From NCBI GenBank assembly GCA_964344345.1, contig CAYFNC010000002.1, positions 6,106 through 70,105 on the forward strand: a DNA stretch of 64,000 nt. Reading direction: 5' to 3'. The notes under the pieces are model-generated. The model did no database searches. It had not been told where the DNA came from and saw only the letters and a program-made list of their open reading frames with translations. How positions within the stretch are numbered: the stretch's first letter is position 1; each line of letters begins with the position of its first letter. A program made the translations under genes and the position numbers. Below, in pieces: positions 1 through 9,813 of this stretch. This DNA comes from an uncultured Hyphomicrobiales bacterium. GTDB taxonomy: Bacteria; Pseudomonadota; Alphaproteobacteria; Rhodospirillales; CAYFNC01.

Positions 1-84
1 GAGGTCATTGGCGATGAATGTCAGTCCGGGCTTGTCCGAAACTTGCGAAGTCGATGAGGCAATAAAGATAATTCAAGCAGAGAG

Positions 85-534
85 TTACGCCTTCCTCTCC
101 CATCCCCCTTTGCCGGTCTGTTTCCAATACGCCATCTCGTGCCCCGCGTCCTTGCACGCGGTCCAGCGCTTTCGCGCGGCCTCGACGGCGGACGGGTCGT
201 TGCCGTCGAACAGGTCGAAGCAGCGCTCATAGTCCGCCACGCGTCCGGAATCGGCGCCGTCGGTCAGGAACAGGAACGTCGCGCCGTTGGGGGCCTCGTC
301 CTTGTCGGTGAGCCAGACGGGTTGCAGGTCCGCGTCTCCGTCGCGCGCGGTTCCGTGGGGAAGCCACGACGCCGGATCGTACATCCACAGAAGCTGGGCC
401 AGGGCCTCCACCCGTTGCTCCGAGCCCGCCATCACCACCGCGCGTTTCCCGGCCTCCAGCGTCTTTTCCAAAAGCCGGGGCAGGGCGCGGTCCAACGGCC
501 AGCGTTGGAGGTGATAGAAGGCGACGTCGGTCAC
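85..534 (-). CDS. holC: DNA polymerase III subunit chi
   Basis: The last 149 codons of ORF 85..834 (VTDVAFYHLQRWPLDRALPRLLEKTLEAGKRAVVMAGSEQRVEALAQLLW...) read like the chi-subunit family. A GTG at 532-534 lies 5 nt after the pepA stop, giving the classic pepA-holC pair. The upstream 100 codons are Arg-rich and overlap pepA, so I trimmed them. Confidence 0.8.
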   Translation of the reverse strand: MTDVAFYHLQRWPLDRALPRLLEKTLEAGKRAVVMAGSEQRVEALAQLLWMYDPASWLPHGTARDGDADLQPVWLTDKDEAPNGATFLFLTDGADSGRVADYERCFDLFDGNDPSAVEAARKRWTACKDAGHEMAYWKQTGKGGWERKA

Positions 535-539
535 GGCCC

Positions 540-2048
540 CTAGGCGTCCTCGTAATGGTCGGCGACCAGCCGGTCCAACAGGCGCACGCCGAAGCCGCTG
601 CCGCCCTTGGGAACCACCGGACGCTCCTTGTGGGACCAGCACACGCCGGCGATGTCCAGGTGCGCCCACGGCGTTTCGTCCACGAAGCGCTGCAGGAACT
701 GGGCGGCGGTGATGGACCCGGCGCCGCGTCCGCCCGAGATGTTCTTCATGTCGGCGATTTCGGATTTCAAAAGCTTGTCGTACTCGTCGCCCATGGGGAA
801 GCGCCAGACCTTCTCGCCCACGGCGTCGCCGCACTTGGACAGGTTTTCGGACAGGTCGTCGTCGTTGCTGAACAGGCCCGCCCGCTCGTTGCCGAGCGCG
901 ATGACCATGGCGCCGGTCAGGGTTGCGAGATCAACCATGAACCGGGGCTTGAACCGGTCGGCGCAGTACCAGAGCGCGTCGGCCAGCACCAACCGCCCCT
1001 CGGCGTCGGTATTCAGCACCTCGACGGTCTGGCCCGACATGGTCTTGACCACGTCGCCGGGCCGCTGGGCGGTGGAGGAGGGCATGTTCTCGACCAGGCC
1101 CGCGACGCCGACGGCGTCCACCTTGGCCTTGCGACCGGCCAGCGCCTTCATCAGGCCGATGACGGTTCCCGCGCCGCCCATGTCGTACTTCATTTCCTCC
1201 ATGCCGCCCGACGGCTTGATGGAGATGCCGCCGGTGTCGAAGGTCACGCCCTTGCCGACGAAGGCGACGGGGGCTTCCTTGGCCTTCTTGCCCTTGGACG
1301 CGCCGTTCCACCGCATGACCAGAAGCTTGGATTCCCGGTCGCTGCCCTGGCCCACGCCGAGAAGGGCGCCCATGCCGAGCTTCTTCATCTGCTTTTCGCC
1401 CAGCACCTCGACCTCGACACCGAGCTCTTCGAGCTTCTTGGCCTCCTTGGCCAGGGTTTCGGGATAGATGACGTTGCCGGGCTCGGTCACCAGGTCGCGG
1501 GTCAGGAACACGCCGTCCACGACCTTGTCCCGAGGGGCGAAGGCCTTCCGCGCCTTGGCCGCGCCCTCGCACAGGAACTTCACGGTTTTCAGGGACGGCT
1601 TGTCCTCGTCCTTCTCCTTGGTGCGGTAGCGGTCGAAGCGGTAGGATTTCAGCCGCAGCCCTTCTGCCATCGCCGCCGCCATCACTTCCGGCGCGAAGGG
1701 GCAGCCCTCGATTTCGTCCACCATGACCGCCGCGGTCCCATGGCCCTTGGAGCAAAGCCCGGCCCAGACTTTTGCGCCCAGCGACAACGCGGCGCGGTCG
1801 TCCAGGTCCTCGACCTTGCCGAGGCCGAGCACCATTACCCGGTCCAGCTCCGTTCCCGGAGGGGTCAGCAGTTGTAGGGTCTGGTCCTTCTTGCCCTCGA
1901 ACCGGCTGGTTTCGATCGCGCGGGCGAGCCAGCCTTCCGTCTTCTCGTCCAGGGCCTTGGCGCTGGGGGCGAGGGCGCTGTCCTCCATGGCCATGACCAC
2001 GGCCGCGCCTTTGTTCGGAAGGTCGGGCTTGCCGAATGAAATCTTCAT
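540..2048 (-). CDS. pepA: leucyl aminopeptidase (M17 family)
   Basis: Full-length 502-aa ORF with M17 hallmarks VGKGVTFDTGGISIKP and NTDAEGRLVLADAL. Confidence 0.95.
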   Translation of the reverse strand: MKISFGKPDLPNKGAAVVMAMEDSALAPSAKALDEKTEGWLARAIETSRFEGKKDQTLQLLTPPGTELDRVMVLGLGKVEDLDDRAALSLGAKVWAGLCSKGHGTAAVMVDEIEGCPFAPEVMAAAMAEGLRLKSYRFDRYRTKEKDEDKPSLKTVKFLCEGAAKARKAFAPRDKVVDGVFLTRDLVTEPGNVIYPETLAKEAKKLEELGVEVEVLGEKQMKKLGMGALLGVGQGSDRESKLLVMRWNGASKGKKAKEAPVAFVGKGVTFDTGGISIKPSGGMEEMKYDMGGAGTVIGLMKALAGRKAKVDAVGVAGLVENMPSSTAQRPGDVVKTMSGQTVEVLNTDAEGRLVLADALWYCADRFKPRFMVDLATLTGAMVIALGNERAGLFSNDDDLSENLSKCGDAVGEKVWRFPMGDEYDKLLKSEIADMKNISGGRGAGSITAAQFLQRFVDETPWAHLDIAGVCWSHKERPVVPKGGSGFGVRLLDRLVADHYEDA

Positions 2049-2179
2049 AAAAGCTCTCCGGTTCGATCTCGAATAATTGCGTTTTGCAGATTATCCGAAC
2101 TGGCGGGCGGGACGCCAGAGCCCATTTTTCCGCCATCGTGCGACGGCGATCACAGAATGTTCCCCATGCATTCCATATA

Positions 2180-3172
2180 ATGAACCATGAAACAGCCGGG
2201 AACCGCATCGCCATGAATTACGTGTCGAACCCGATATCCCCGACGCCTGGTCCCCAGGAGTTCCTCGACGAAATGGACCGCGCCATCGCCGATCATCTGG
2301 CGTGGCTCGGCGACTGGCACCGCAAGCTGTCCGACGGCCTGGACACTGGTGAACCGGATGATTCCCACCACCTGTGCCGTTTCGGCGTCTGGTTCACGCG
2401 CAACCAGGGGCGCCGTCTGGTGGACCAGCCCGCCATGCACTGCCTGGAGCGGCTGCACAACGAAATGCACGACATGGCCCAGGCCTGCCTGAAAAAGGCG
2501 CGGATGGGCCTGGATGTCCCCGCCGTCGAGCTGGACGCGGCGCATCGCGCCTTTTCGCGGTTCATCAGCCAGGCGCGCAGGCTGGAGCGCGCGTTTTCCC
2601 AGGCCACGTCCGATCTGGATCCGTTGACCGGACTGCACAACCGCCAGGCCATGCTGCGCGAGCTTGCCCGCGAACAGGCCAGGATCGAACGCACCGGTTC
2701 GCCCGCGTGCATCGCGCTCGCCGACCTGGACCATTTCAAGTCGGTCAACGACGTCTTTGGCCATCTGGCTGGCGACAAGGTGCTAAGGGCCGCGGCGGAC
2801 CGCTTTTTGTGCGCCATGCGGGTTTATGACGGGATTTTCCGCTACGGCGGCGAGGAATTCCTGATTTGCCTTCCCGAAACCTCGCTCGCCGAGGGGATGG
2901 AGGTGCTGGAGCGCCTTCGCGGCAAGCTCGAAAGTCTTCCCATCGCGCTCGAGACCGGCGAAAGCCTGGATATCACCGCGTCGTTCGGCGTCGCGCCCTT
3001 CGAGCCGGGCGCGGTTCTGGACGAGGTTCTCGAACAGGCCGACCAGGCCTTGTACTCCGCCAAGGAGCAGGGCCGGAACAGGGTCTGCGGATGGGACGGC
3101 CCAGCCGACATCGACGCCCTTCCCAAGGGTGACGAGAAAAAAAATTGCGAAGCGATGTTCGTTGAGATTTGA
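2180..3172 (+). CDS. diguanylate cyclase with N-terminal CZB-like zinc-sensing domain (DgcZ-like)
   Basis: C-terminal GGDEF domain with intact RYGGEEF and an RVYD I-site five residues upstream. The N-terminal part carries an H...C...HxxxH pattern (DHLAWLGDWH, HHLCRFGVWF, LHNEMHDM) typical of chemoreceptor zinc-binding domains. Start is uncertain: ATG 2180 or ATG 2213 (the ORF opens at 2084). Confidence 0.8.
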   Translation: MNHETAGNRIAMNYVSNPISPTPGPQEFLDEMDRAIADHLAWLGDWHRKLSDGLDTGEPDDSHHLCRFGVWFTRNQGRRLVDQPAMHCLERLHNEMHDMAQACLKKARMGLDVPAVELDAAHRAFSRFISQARRLERAFSQATSDLDPLTGLHNRQAMLRELAREQARIERTGSPACIALADLDHFKSVNDVFGHLAGDKVLRAAADRFLCAMRVYDGIFRYGGEEFLICLPETSLAEGMEVLERLRGKLESLPIALETGESLDITASFGVAPFEPGAVLDEVLEQADQALYSAKEQGRNRVCGWDGPADIDALPKGDEKKNCEAMFVEI

Positions 3173-3269
3173 CACAAGCGTCATTTTTTTCTCTAAATCC
3201 CCTGACCAGTCCATCGCATCCGGCCTTTGCGGGCGGGCGAGGGGTTAGAGGGAAACCTTTTTAGGGGAT

Positions 3270-3602
3270 GTGACCATGAAGAGCTTAACGAAGGTTCTGA
3301 CTGTCTCTGCGTTCCTTCTGGGAACGACGGTTTTCGCGGCCGACAAGGCCGACGCTTGGTGGTGGCCCGGCAGCGGCTGGAACAACGGCGACGGCAGCGG
3401 TTGGGGCGACGGCAACATGAGCTTCAACATGAGCGGCAGCGGCAACGCCGTGAACCGCTACAGCGGCTACGGCTACCACCGTCCGTACTACGGCGGCTAC
3501 GGCCCCTACGGATACGGCGGCTATCCCTACGGCGGCTACGGCGGCCCGTGGGGCGGCGGCTACCCAGGCTATGGCGGTTGGGGACGTCCGTGGGGCTGGT
3601 AG
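3270..3602 (+). CDS. secreted Gly/Tyr/Trp-rich repetitive protein (sulfur-globule-protein-like)
   Basis: Sec-type signal peptide MTMKSLTKVLTVSAFLLGTTVFA followed by ADKADA. The 87-residue mature part is built of GYG/GGY/PYG/PWG units. It stands alone with its own strong terminator. Confidence 0.7.
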   Translation: MTMKSLTKVLTVSAFLLGTTVFAADKADAWWWPGSGWNNGDGSGWGDGNMSFNMSGSGNAVNRYSGYGYHRPYYGGYGPYGYGGYPYGGYGGPWGGGYPGYGGWGRPWGW

Positions 3603-3637
3603 AGCCAGCCTCCCGGTCCCGATCCGACCGATTTTCG

Positions 3638-3677
3638 AAAGGCCCCGCTCCCGGACAGGGACGGGGCCTTTCTTTTC
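3638..3677 (+). terminator. rho-independent terminator after the Gly/Tyr-rich gene
   Basis: GC-rich hairpin aaaggccccg...cggggccttt with an inner tccc/ggga extension, followed by tcttttc. Confidence 0.75.
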
Positions 3678-3813
3678 GCCGATGAAATTAAGTGTGTAGG
3701 TACATCTACGTATTTGACTGGTGTGTTGCGCGTATGATATCAAGTGATATACGCAGTCCCAAACGCCTTGGGCCGCCAACGTCGCGAATGCGCGAAAAAC
3801 GCAGGCCGGTCTG

Positions 3814-5814
3814 ATGATCGCTGACGCCACAAAAAAAACCGAGCATGGGAAGCTGCTGCGCGAGCTTCACGACTTGGCTCAGGAGCTCCAGTACGACAAG
3901 GCTACGCCGAAAAGGCGTTCGGCCCAGCATCGGCTTAACCTCGCGCTTCACGACATGGAGGTCTATCAAGAGGAGCTTCACGTCCAGAACGAAGCCTTGA
4001 ACGTCGTTCACGAGGAGCTGGACGCGACGGCGAAGAAATATTCCTCGTTGTTCCACAATTCGCCGGTCGGGTACTTGGTCATCGGCTCTGACCGTCTGAT
4101 CCTGGACTCGAACGTTTCCTTGGCGAACTTGCTCGGCTACACCCGAAACCACATGGAGCGCAAGCCGGTCGGCGTGTATTGCATGGGGGAGTCGGCGAGG
4201 GTTCTGGACGCCCACCTGCGCGCCGCCTTCGCCGGGGAAAGAGCGTCCGACGAAATTTTGATGAAACGCAAGAACGGCGCGTTCGTTCCCGTGATGATCG
4301 AAAGCGGTCCTGTGTCCCTAGGCGAGGAGCAAGCCGACCATTGCCTCATGGCCGTTCTGGACATTTCCGCGCGCAAAAGGGCCGAGGAGGAACTGCACCG
4401 TTACCAGCGGAAGCTGGAGACGATGGTCGAGGAGCGCACGGCCGAGTTGCGGGAGCGCGAGGACGCGCTCTGGCGCCAGCACGGACTCATCGCCTGCGTT
4501 TCCAACATCCAGTCCATGTTCATCGGCGACCGGCCCTCTGGCGAACTGTTCGACGCGCTTCTTCTGGATATCCTCAACCTGACCGAAAGCCAGTACGGCT
4601 TCATCAGCGAGCTTCGCGAGGACGGGGAGGGCGAGCCGTACCTGGAGGCGCTGGCGATCTCCAACATCGCCTGGGACGACGAAACGCGGAAATTCTATGA
4701 CGACTACGGGCCGTCGGGGTTCAAGTTCTTCGAATTCGACGGCCTGCACACCGAAGCCGTGACAGCGGGCGCGCCGGTGGTGTCCAACCATCCAGCAAAC
4801 GACGCCAGAAGCTGCGGCCGCCTGCCGGAAGGGCACCCGCCGCTGGACTGCTTCCTCGGCCTTCCGCTCATGCGCGGCGAGACGGTCGTCGGCGCCATCG
4901 GCCTGGCCAACCGGCGGAACGGCTACACGGACAAACTTGCCGCCAGGCTGGAGCCGGTCCTGGCCGCCTGCGCCCAATTCATCGAAGGCTACCGTATCTT
5001 TCGGGAGCGCAAGGCCGCCGAGCGCATCATCGCAATCAAGAACGACCAACTGGAGCAGGCGTATTCGGAAATCCAGCAGTTCTCCTACATCGTGTCCCAC
5101 GACCTGCGCTCGCCCTTGGCCAGCATCATCGGGTTCTCGAACGAACTGAAGGTCTGCTTCGGCGATATCCAAGGCTGGCTGGAGCGCAACGCGCCCAACC
5201 TGCCCGAGGATGAGATCCGCTCGCTTGCGGACAACATCGAACAACGGATTCCCGAGGCCCTTGAGTTCATTCAGGCCTCGTCGGACAAGATGGACCATTT
5301 GGTCGAGGCCTTGCTCAAGCTGTCCAGATTGGGGCGTCGCGACTTCAGGTGGGAGTCCTTGGACGTCCAAGAGCTTGTCTCGGCCGCCGTCGAGGCCCTG
5401 GCCTTCCAGATCGAAAGCGCGGACATAAACGTCGAGGTCCGCGACCTGCCGACGGTCACGGCGGACCGGCTGTCGCTCGAGCAGATTTTCGGCAACCTGA
5501 TCGACAACGCCATCAAGTACATGGCGGACGACCGGCCGGGCGAGATCGTGATCGAGGCGGCGATGGAGCCGGACGAGGTGACCTTCGCCGTCCGCGACAA
5601 CGGGCGCGGCATCGCGCGCGAGGACTTCGACGACGTATTCCGGATTTTTCGTCGCGTCGGCAAGCCCGCGGTCGAAGGGGAAGGCATGGGGCTGGCCTAC
5701 GTCAGGACCCTCGTGCATCGCCACGGCGGAAAGATCTGGGTGGAGAGCGCGCTGGGGGAGGGAACTAGCTTCCTGTTTTCGTTGCCGACCAGCGCCGGGC
5801 CTTCAGCGACCTGA
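3814..5814 (+). CDS. cytoplasmic PAS/GAF sensor histidine kinase
   Basis: 666 aa with no TM segment. N-terminal coiled-coil plus PAS-like region, then a central GAF-like region. HisKA H-box FSYIVSHDLRSPL and HATPase_c boxes NLIDNAIKY, DNGRGI, GEGMGLAY. Confidence 0.9.
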   Translation: MIADATKKTEHGKLLRELHDLAQELQYDKATPKRRSAQHRLNLALHDMEVYQEELHVQNEALNVVHEELDATAKKYSSLFHNSPVGYLVIGSDRLILDSNVSLANLLGYTRNHMERKPVGVYCMGESARVLDAHLRAAFAGERASDEILMKRKNGAFVPVMIESGPVSLGEEQADHCLMAVLDISARKRAEEELHRYQRKLETMVEERTAELREREDALWRQHGLIACVSNIQSMFIGDRPSGELFDALLLDILNLTESQYGFISELREDGEGEPYLEALAISNIAWDDETRKFYDDYGPSGFKFFEFDGLHTEAVTAGAPVVSNHPANDARSCGRLPEGHPPLDCFLGLPLMRGETVVGAIGLANRRNGYTDKLAARLEPVLAACAQFIEGYRIFRERKAAERIIAIKNDQLEQAYSEIQQFSYIVSHDLRSPLASIIGFSNELKVCFGDIQGWLERNAPNLPEDEIRSLADNIEQRIPEALEFIQASSDKMDHLVEALLKLSRLGRRDFRWESLDVQELVSAAVEALAFQIESADINVEVRDLPTVTADRLSLEQIFGNLIDNAIKYMADDRPGEIVIEAAMEPDEVTFAVRDNGRGIAREDFDDVFRIFRRVGKPAVEGEGMGLAYVRTLVHRHGGKIWVESALGEGTSFLFSLPTSAGPSAT

Positions 5815-5821
5815 GGACGGT

Positions 5822-6112
5822 TCATACCGTCGCCTTCTGATGGAAACCGGTCCCGCCGGGATCATCGCCGGTTTTTACGAAGATGTCGGTGACCATGGCG
5901 GCGGGCGGCCCGCCCCTGCAGGCCGCGATCATGTCGTCCACCTTGTCGGCGGGGCCCTTGAACACCGCCTCGACCGTGCCGTCGGAGCGGTTGCGCACCC
6001 AGCCGGACAGCCCGCGCTTCACCGCTTCCTGCTGGGTCCAGGCCCGGTACCAGACGCCTTGGACCCGGCCCTCGATGCGGGCGCGGACGCATTTGAACTT
6101 GGGTTCGGACAT
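5822..6112 (-). CDS. acyP: acylphosphatase
   Basis: 96 aa: MSEPKFKCVRARIEGRVQGVWYRAWTQQEAVKRGLSGWVRNRSDGTVEAVFKG. This fits the acylphosphatase signature (V.G.VQGV.yR ... GWVRN..DG.VE). ATG at 6110-6112. The longer ORF 5822..6364 runs antisense through the tRNA and was trimmed. Confidence 0.85.
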   Translation of the reverse strand: MSEPKFKCVRARIEGRVQGVWYRAWTQQEAVKRGLSGWVRNRSDGTVEAVFKGPADKVDDMIAACRGGPPAAMVTDIFVKTGDDPGGTGFHQKATV

Positions 6113-6219
6113 GGTATTTCCTCCCGTCCAACCACATGGCATAGACGGGCGGAATGCGCAAGCCCGGGGCCGACGCACTTGACACCCGGAACGCTGCGGC
6201 TTAGGGAATGCTGTTCCCT

Positions 6220-6304
6220 GCGGGTGTGGCGGAACTGGTAGACGCGGCGGCTTTAGGTGCCGTTGCCTTAGGGCATGGGGGTTCGAGTCCCTCCACCCGC
6301 ACCA
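6220..6304 (+). tRNA. tRNA-Leu (anticodon TAG)
   Basis: Acceptor stem gcgggtg/cacccgc, discriminator a, encoded CCA. Anticodon stem gcggc/gccgt with loop tt-TAG-gt. Long variable arm (tgccttagggcatgg) and T-arm gggttcgagtccc. Confidence 0.9.
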
Positions 6305-6382
6305 CCGCGTCGTCTTTCTTCGCCTCCGCCCGTGGCCAAGCCGTCCATTCATCTCTGATTTCACGTTCCGATTGGGAAGTCC

Positions 6383-7744
6383 ATGCAGGTTACCGAAACC
6401 AAAAACGAAGGTTTAAAGCGGGAGTATAAGATCGTCATTCCCGCGTCCGATATCGAGGAAGGCATTACCTCCAAGCTGAAGGAAGTCGGACAGACCATCC
6501 GACTGCCCGGGTTCCGCCCAGGCAAGGCGCCGTTGAACATCCTGCGCAAGCGCTTCGGCGCGTCCGTCGCCGCCGACGTGGTGCAGGAGAAGGTCAGCGA
6601 GACCTCGGGCGCCATGGCCACCGAACGCGGCCTGCGTCCGGCTCTGCCGCCCGAATACGACGTCACCGCCTACGAGGACGGCCAGGACCTGGAGTACACC
6701 ATCTCCCTGGAGGTGATCCCCGACATCGAGCCCATGGACTTCGCCACCCTGAAGCTGGAGCGATGGGTCGCCGACGTGGCGGAGAAGGAGGTCGAGGAGG
6801 TTCTGGAGCGCATGGCGTCGGCCTACAAGTCCACCGAGGCCATCACCGAGGACCGGCCCGCCAAGACGGGCGACGTTCTGAAGATCGGCTTCGTCGGCAA
6901 GGTGGATGGGGAGGCGTTTCCCGGAGGAACGGCGGAGGACTACGCGCTCGAGCTCGGCTCCGGCTCCTTCATTCCGGGGTTCGAGGACCAGTTGGTCGGC
7001 GCCAAGGCGCCGTCCAAGGTCGACGTCAAGGTGACCTTCCCGGAAGACTACGGCGCGGCCGACCTCGCCGGAAAGGACGCCATCTTCGAGGTGGACGTCA
7101 AGGAGATCCAGGAATCCAAGGACGCCGCGATTGACGACGAGCTCGCCAAGCGCGCGGGCAAGGAGAACTTGGAGGACCTGAAAAAGGAGCTGAAGGACGC
7201 CCATGGCGAGCAGTACAAGGCCGCGTCCCGCATGCGCCTGAAGCGAAAGCTGCTCGACGACCTGGCCGACGCCCACGACTTCGCCGTGCCCGAGGGCATG
7301 GTCGAGCGCGAGTTCGAAATGATCTGGTCCCAATTCCAGCAACAGAAGGAAGCCGGGAGCCTGACCGGCGACGATCAGGAGATCGCGGAAAAGAGCGAGG
7401 ACGAACAGAAGGCCGAATTCCGGGAAATCGCCGAGCGCCGGGTGCGGCTCGGCCTGCTGTTGGCCGAGGTGGGGCGGACCAACAACATCGACGTCACCCC
7501 CGAGGATCTGAACCGGGCCATGGCCGAGGAGGCAAAGAACTATCCCGGCCAGGAAGAGATGGTCATGCAGTATTTCCGCGGCAATCCCCAGATGATGGAG
7601 CAGCTCCGCGCTCCGGTGTACGAGGACAAGGTGATCGACTTCATCCTGGAACTCGCCGACGTGACCGACAAGACGGTCTCGGCCGAGGAACTGATGAAGG
7701 ATCCCGATGAAGGCGACGCCGACACCGACGAGAAGAAGGACTGA
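6383..7744 (+). CDS. tig: trigger factor
   Basis: 453 aa. N-terminus [20 protein letters not shown], a central FKBP-type PPIase region ([28 protein letters not shown]) and an acidic C-terminus. Immediately upstream of clpP. Confidence 0.95.
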   Translation: MQVTETKNEGLKREYKIVIPASDIEEGITSKLKEVGQTIRLPGFRPGKAPLNILRKRFGASVAADVVQEKVSETSGAMATERGLRPALPPEYDVTAYEDGQDLEYTISLEVIPDIEPMDFATLKLERWVADVAEKEVEEVLERMASAYKSTEAITEDRPAKTGDVLKIGFVGKVDGEAFPGGTAEDYALELGSGSFIPGFEDQLVGAKAPSKVDVKVTFPEDYGAADLAGKDAIFEVDVKEIQESKDAAIDDELAKRAGKENLEDLKKELKDAHGEQYKAASRMRLKRKLLDDLADAHDFAVPEGMVEREFEMIWSQFQQQKEAGSLTGDDQEIAEKSEDEQKAEFREIAERRVRLGLLLAEVGRTNNIDVTPEDLNRAMAEEAKNYPGQEEMVMQYFRGNPQMMEQLRAPVYEDKVIDFILELADVTDKTVSAEELMKDPDEGDADTDEKKD

Positions 7745-7746
7745 CC

Positions 7747-8397
7747 ATGATCGATCCCCGCGCCGCCACGGCGAACCTTATCCCCATGGTCGTCGAGACG
7801 ACCAACCGGGGGGAGCGCGCCTACGACATCTATTCCCGCCTGTTGAAGGAGCGCATCGTGTTCCTGACCGGCGGGGTCGAGGAGCACATGGCCAGCCTGA
7901 TCTGCGCCCAGCTCCTGTTCTTGGAATCGGAAAACCCGAACAAGGACATCTCATTCTACATCAACAGCCCGGGCGGGGTGGTGACGGCGGGGCTCGCCAT
8001 CTACGACACCATGCGCTATATCCGGCCCGACGTGTCCACCGTCTGCATCGGCCAGGCCGCGTCCATGGGGGCGCTTTTGCTCGCCGCCGGAACGCCTGGC
8101 AAGCGCTACGCCCTTCCCAACTCCCGGATCATGATCCACCAGCCGTCCGGCGGCGCCCAGGGCCAAGCCTCCGACATCGAGATCCAGGCTCGCGAGATCC
8201 TCAAGCTCCGCGACCGCCTGAACGGGGTTCTGGTCGAGCACACCGGCCAGAAGCTGGATGTGATCGAGGAGGCCGTGGACCGCGACCGCTTCATGGAGGC
8301 GAAGGAGGCCAAGGACTTCGGCCTGATCGACGAGGTGGTGATCAATCGCCCCGAAGGGAACGAGGACGAAGAGAAGGGCGACAAGGATTCGTCTTAG
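7747..8397 (+). CDS. clpP: ATP-dependent Clp protease proteolytic subunit
   Basis: [18 protein letters not shown], catalytic Ser in GQAASMGA, His in IMIHQPSGG. Starts 2 nt after the tig stop. Confidence 0.97.
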   Translation: MIDPRAATANLIPMVVETTNRGERAYDIYSRLLKERIVFLTGGVEEHMASLICAQLLFLESENPNKDISFYINSPGGVVTAGLAIYDTMRYIRPDVSTVCIGQAASMGALLLAAGTPGKRYALPNSRIMIHQPSGGAQGQASDIEIQAREILKLRDRLNGVLVEHTGQKLDVIEEAVDRDRFMEAKEAKDFGLIDEVVINRPEGNEDEEKGDKDSS

Positions 8398-8446
8398 GCC
8401 CACGCGGCGAGTATCAAACCCAATAATAGGCGGAACGCAAAAAAAA

Positions 8447-8472
8447 GGGCGGGGGTCCGAAGACCCCCGCCC
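8447..8472. terminator. bidirectional terminator hairpin between clpP and fccB
   Basis: Perfect 11-bp stem gggcgggggtc / gacccccgccc with loop cgaa. It is flanked by an A8 run on the + strand, which reads as a T8 tail for the minus-strand fccB transcript, and by aatttcg downstream. Confidence 0.7.
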
Positions 8473-8498
8473 AATTTCGTGTCGCTGTGGTCCTGGTT

Positions 8499-9797
8499 TT
8501 AGGTCCAGGAGTCCGCGGCGATGTTGTCGTACCAGCCGTCGGCGTAGTTGCGTTCGGCCTTGCGGGACTTCTCGTCCGCGCCCTTGCCCACCATGGGGCT
8601 GAGGCCGCCAGAGCCCTTGATGCCGGCGAAGCCCTTGTCGGTCGGCTTGTAGATGGCCGTGACCGAGAAGGCCCAGTCGTTGGTGATCAGGCTGTAGCAC
8701 GTGTTCGACGTGGTCGGCATGCCCGGCTTCTCGCCCTTGAGCGACTTGACCGCCGAAAGCGCCGCAACCTTGGCCTGGGTGTTGGCCGCGTTGCCCGACT
8801 TCGGCATCTTCGACGCGATGGTCGCGTCGCCGATCACGTAGATGTCCTTGTGCTTCTTGGACTCGAACGTCATGTAGTCGATCGGGCACCAGTCGCCTTC
8901 GGTCAGACCGGCGTCGAAGCAGATCTGGGCGGCCTTCTGGGCCGGGATCACGTTCAGGACGCCAGCCTTGTGCGACTCGAACTCGGTCTTGGCGGTGCGG
9001 GTCTTGACGTCGATGGCGGTGACCTTGCCGTCCTTGGCCGCGGGCACCCACTCGATCAGGGACTTGGGCGTACCGAAGCCGTAGAACTTCTTCCAGCCTT
9101 CCTGGAACAGGCCCTGCTTGGAGTGCTTGTCCTTGGCGTCCAGAATGATGACCTTCGATTTCGGCTTATGTTTCTGGAAGTAATAGGCGGCCATGGCTGC
9201 GCGCTCGTACGGGCCCGGGGGGCACCGGAACGGGTTCGGCGGAGCCACGATGATGAACGGATCGCCATCCTTCATCGCCTCGAGCTGCTTGCGCAGCGTG
9301 ACGGTCTGCGGACCGGCCTTCCAGGCGTGGGGAACGGCGTCGTAGTCGGCCTGGGTCTTGTAGCCTTCCATCGGCTTGAAATCGACGCCCGGAGACATGA
9401 TCAGCTTGTCGTAGCTGAGCGTCTTGCCGCCCTTGGTCGTCACGGTCTTCTTGGCCGCGTCGACGCCGGTCACCATGTCGTTGACGAAGGTGATGCCGCG
9501 CTCGGACTGCTTGGACAGGTCGAACGTGATGGAATCGAAATCGCGGATGCCGCCGAGATACAGGTTCGAGAACACGCACGTGGTGTACATCTTGCTCGAA
9601 TCGATCAGCGTCACGTCGAGGCTGGGATCCCAGAACTTGCAGTAGCGGGCCGCGACGGCGCCGCCGAAGCCGCCGCCGACGACGATGATCTTGCCGCCGG
9701 AGCCGGCGCGCGCGCCATTGATGAACGGAGCCGTGGAAAGGGCCGTTGCGGCGCCCGCGACACCTGCGGTCTTAATGAAATTTCTGCGCGTTGTCAT
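8499..9797 (-). CDS. fccB: flavocytochrome c sulfide dehydrogenase, flavoprotein subunit
   Basis: Tat signal MTTRRNFIKTAGVAGAATALSTAPFINGARA and FAD fold motif KIIVVGGGFGG. The length (432 aa) and overall sequence read like FccB/SoxF. Confidence 0.9.
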   Translation of the reverse strand: MTTRRNFIKTAGVAGAATALSTAPFINGARAGSGGKIIVVGGGFGGAVAARYCKFWDPSLDVTLIDSSKMYTTCVFSNLYLGGIRDFDSITFDLSKQSERGITFVNDMVTGVDAAKKTVTTKGGKTLSYDKLIMSPGVDFKPMEGYKTQADYDAVPHAWKAGPQTVTLRKQLEAMKDGDPFIIVAPPNPFRCPPGPYERAAMAAYYFQKHKPKSKVIILDAKDKHSKQGLFQEGWKKFYGFGTPKSLIEWVPAAKDGKVTAIDVKTRTAKTEFESHKAGVLNVIPAQKAAQICFDAGLTEGDWCPIDYMTFESKKHKDIYVIGDATIASKMPKSGNAANTQAKVAALSAVKSLKGEKPGMPTTSNTCYSLITNDWAFSVTAIYKPTDKGFAGIKGSGGLSPMVGKGADEKSRKAERNYADGWYDNIAADSWT

Positions 9798-9813
9798 GGT
9801 GCGTCAACCCTCC

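Noticed and set aside
555-2214. Long ORFs 555..1877 (+), 607..1467 (+) and 931..2214 (-) overlapping pepA
   Set aside because: They are antisense or out of frame relative to a full-length, motif-bearing pepA frame. Their translations are Arg/Gly/Pro/Ala-rich, as expected for off-frame reading of GC-rich DNA.
4318-5724. 468-aa antisense ORF inside the histidine kinase gene, plus several shorter overlapping ORFs
   Set aside because: This is the same high-GC artefact. The kinase frame carries the H-box and the N/G boxes, and the antisense product has no recognisable features.
5822-6364. 180-aa ORF extending the acylphosphatase gene upstream through the tRNA-Leu region
   Set aside because: The extension is antisense to a well-formed tRNA (note WCGWRDSNPH, the typical antisense-tRNA translation). 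The acylphosphatase family length fits the internal ATG at 6112.
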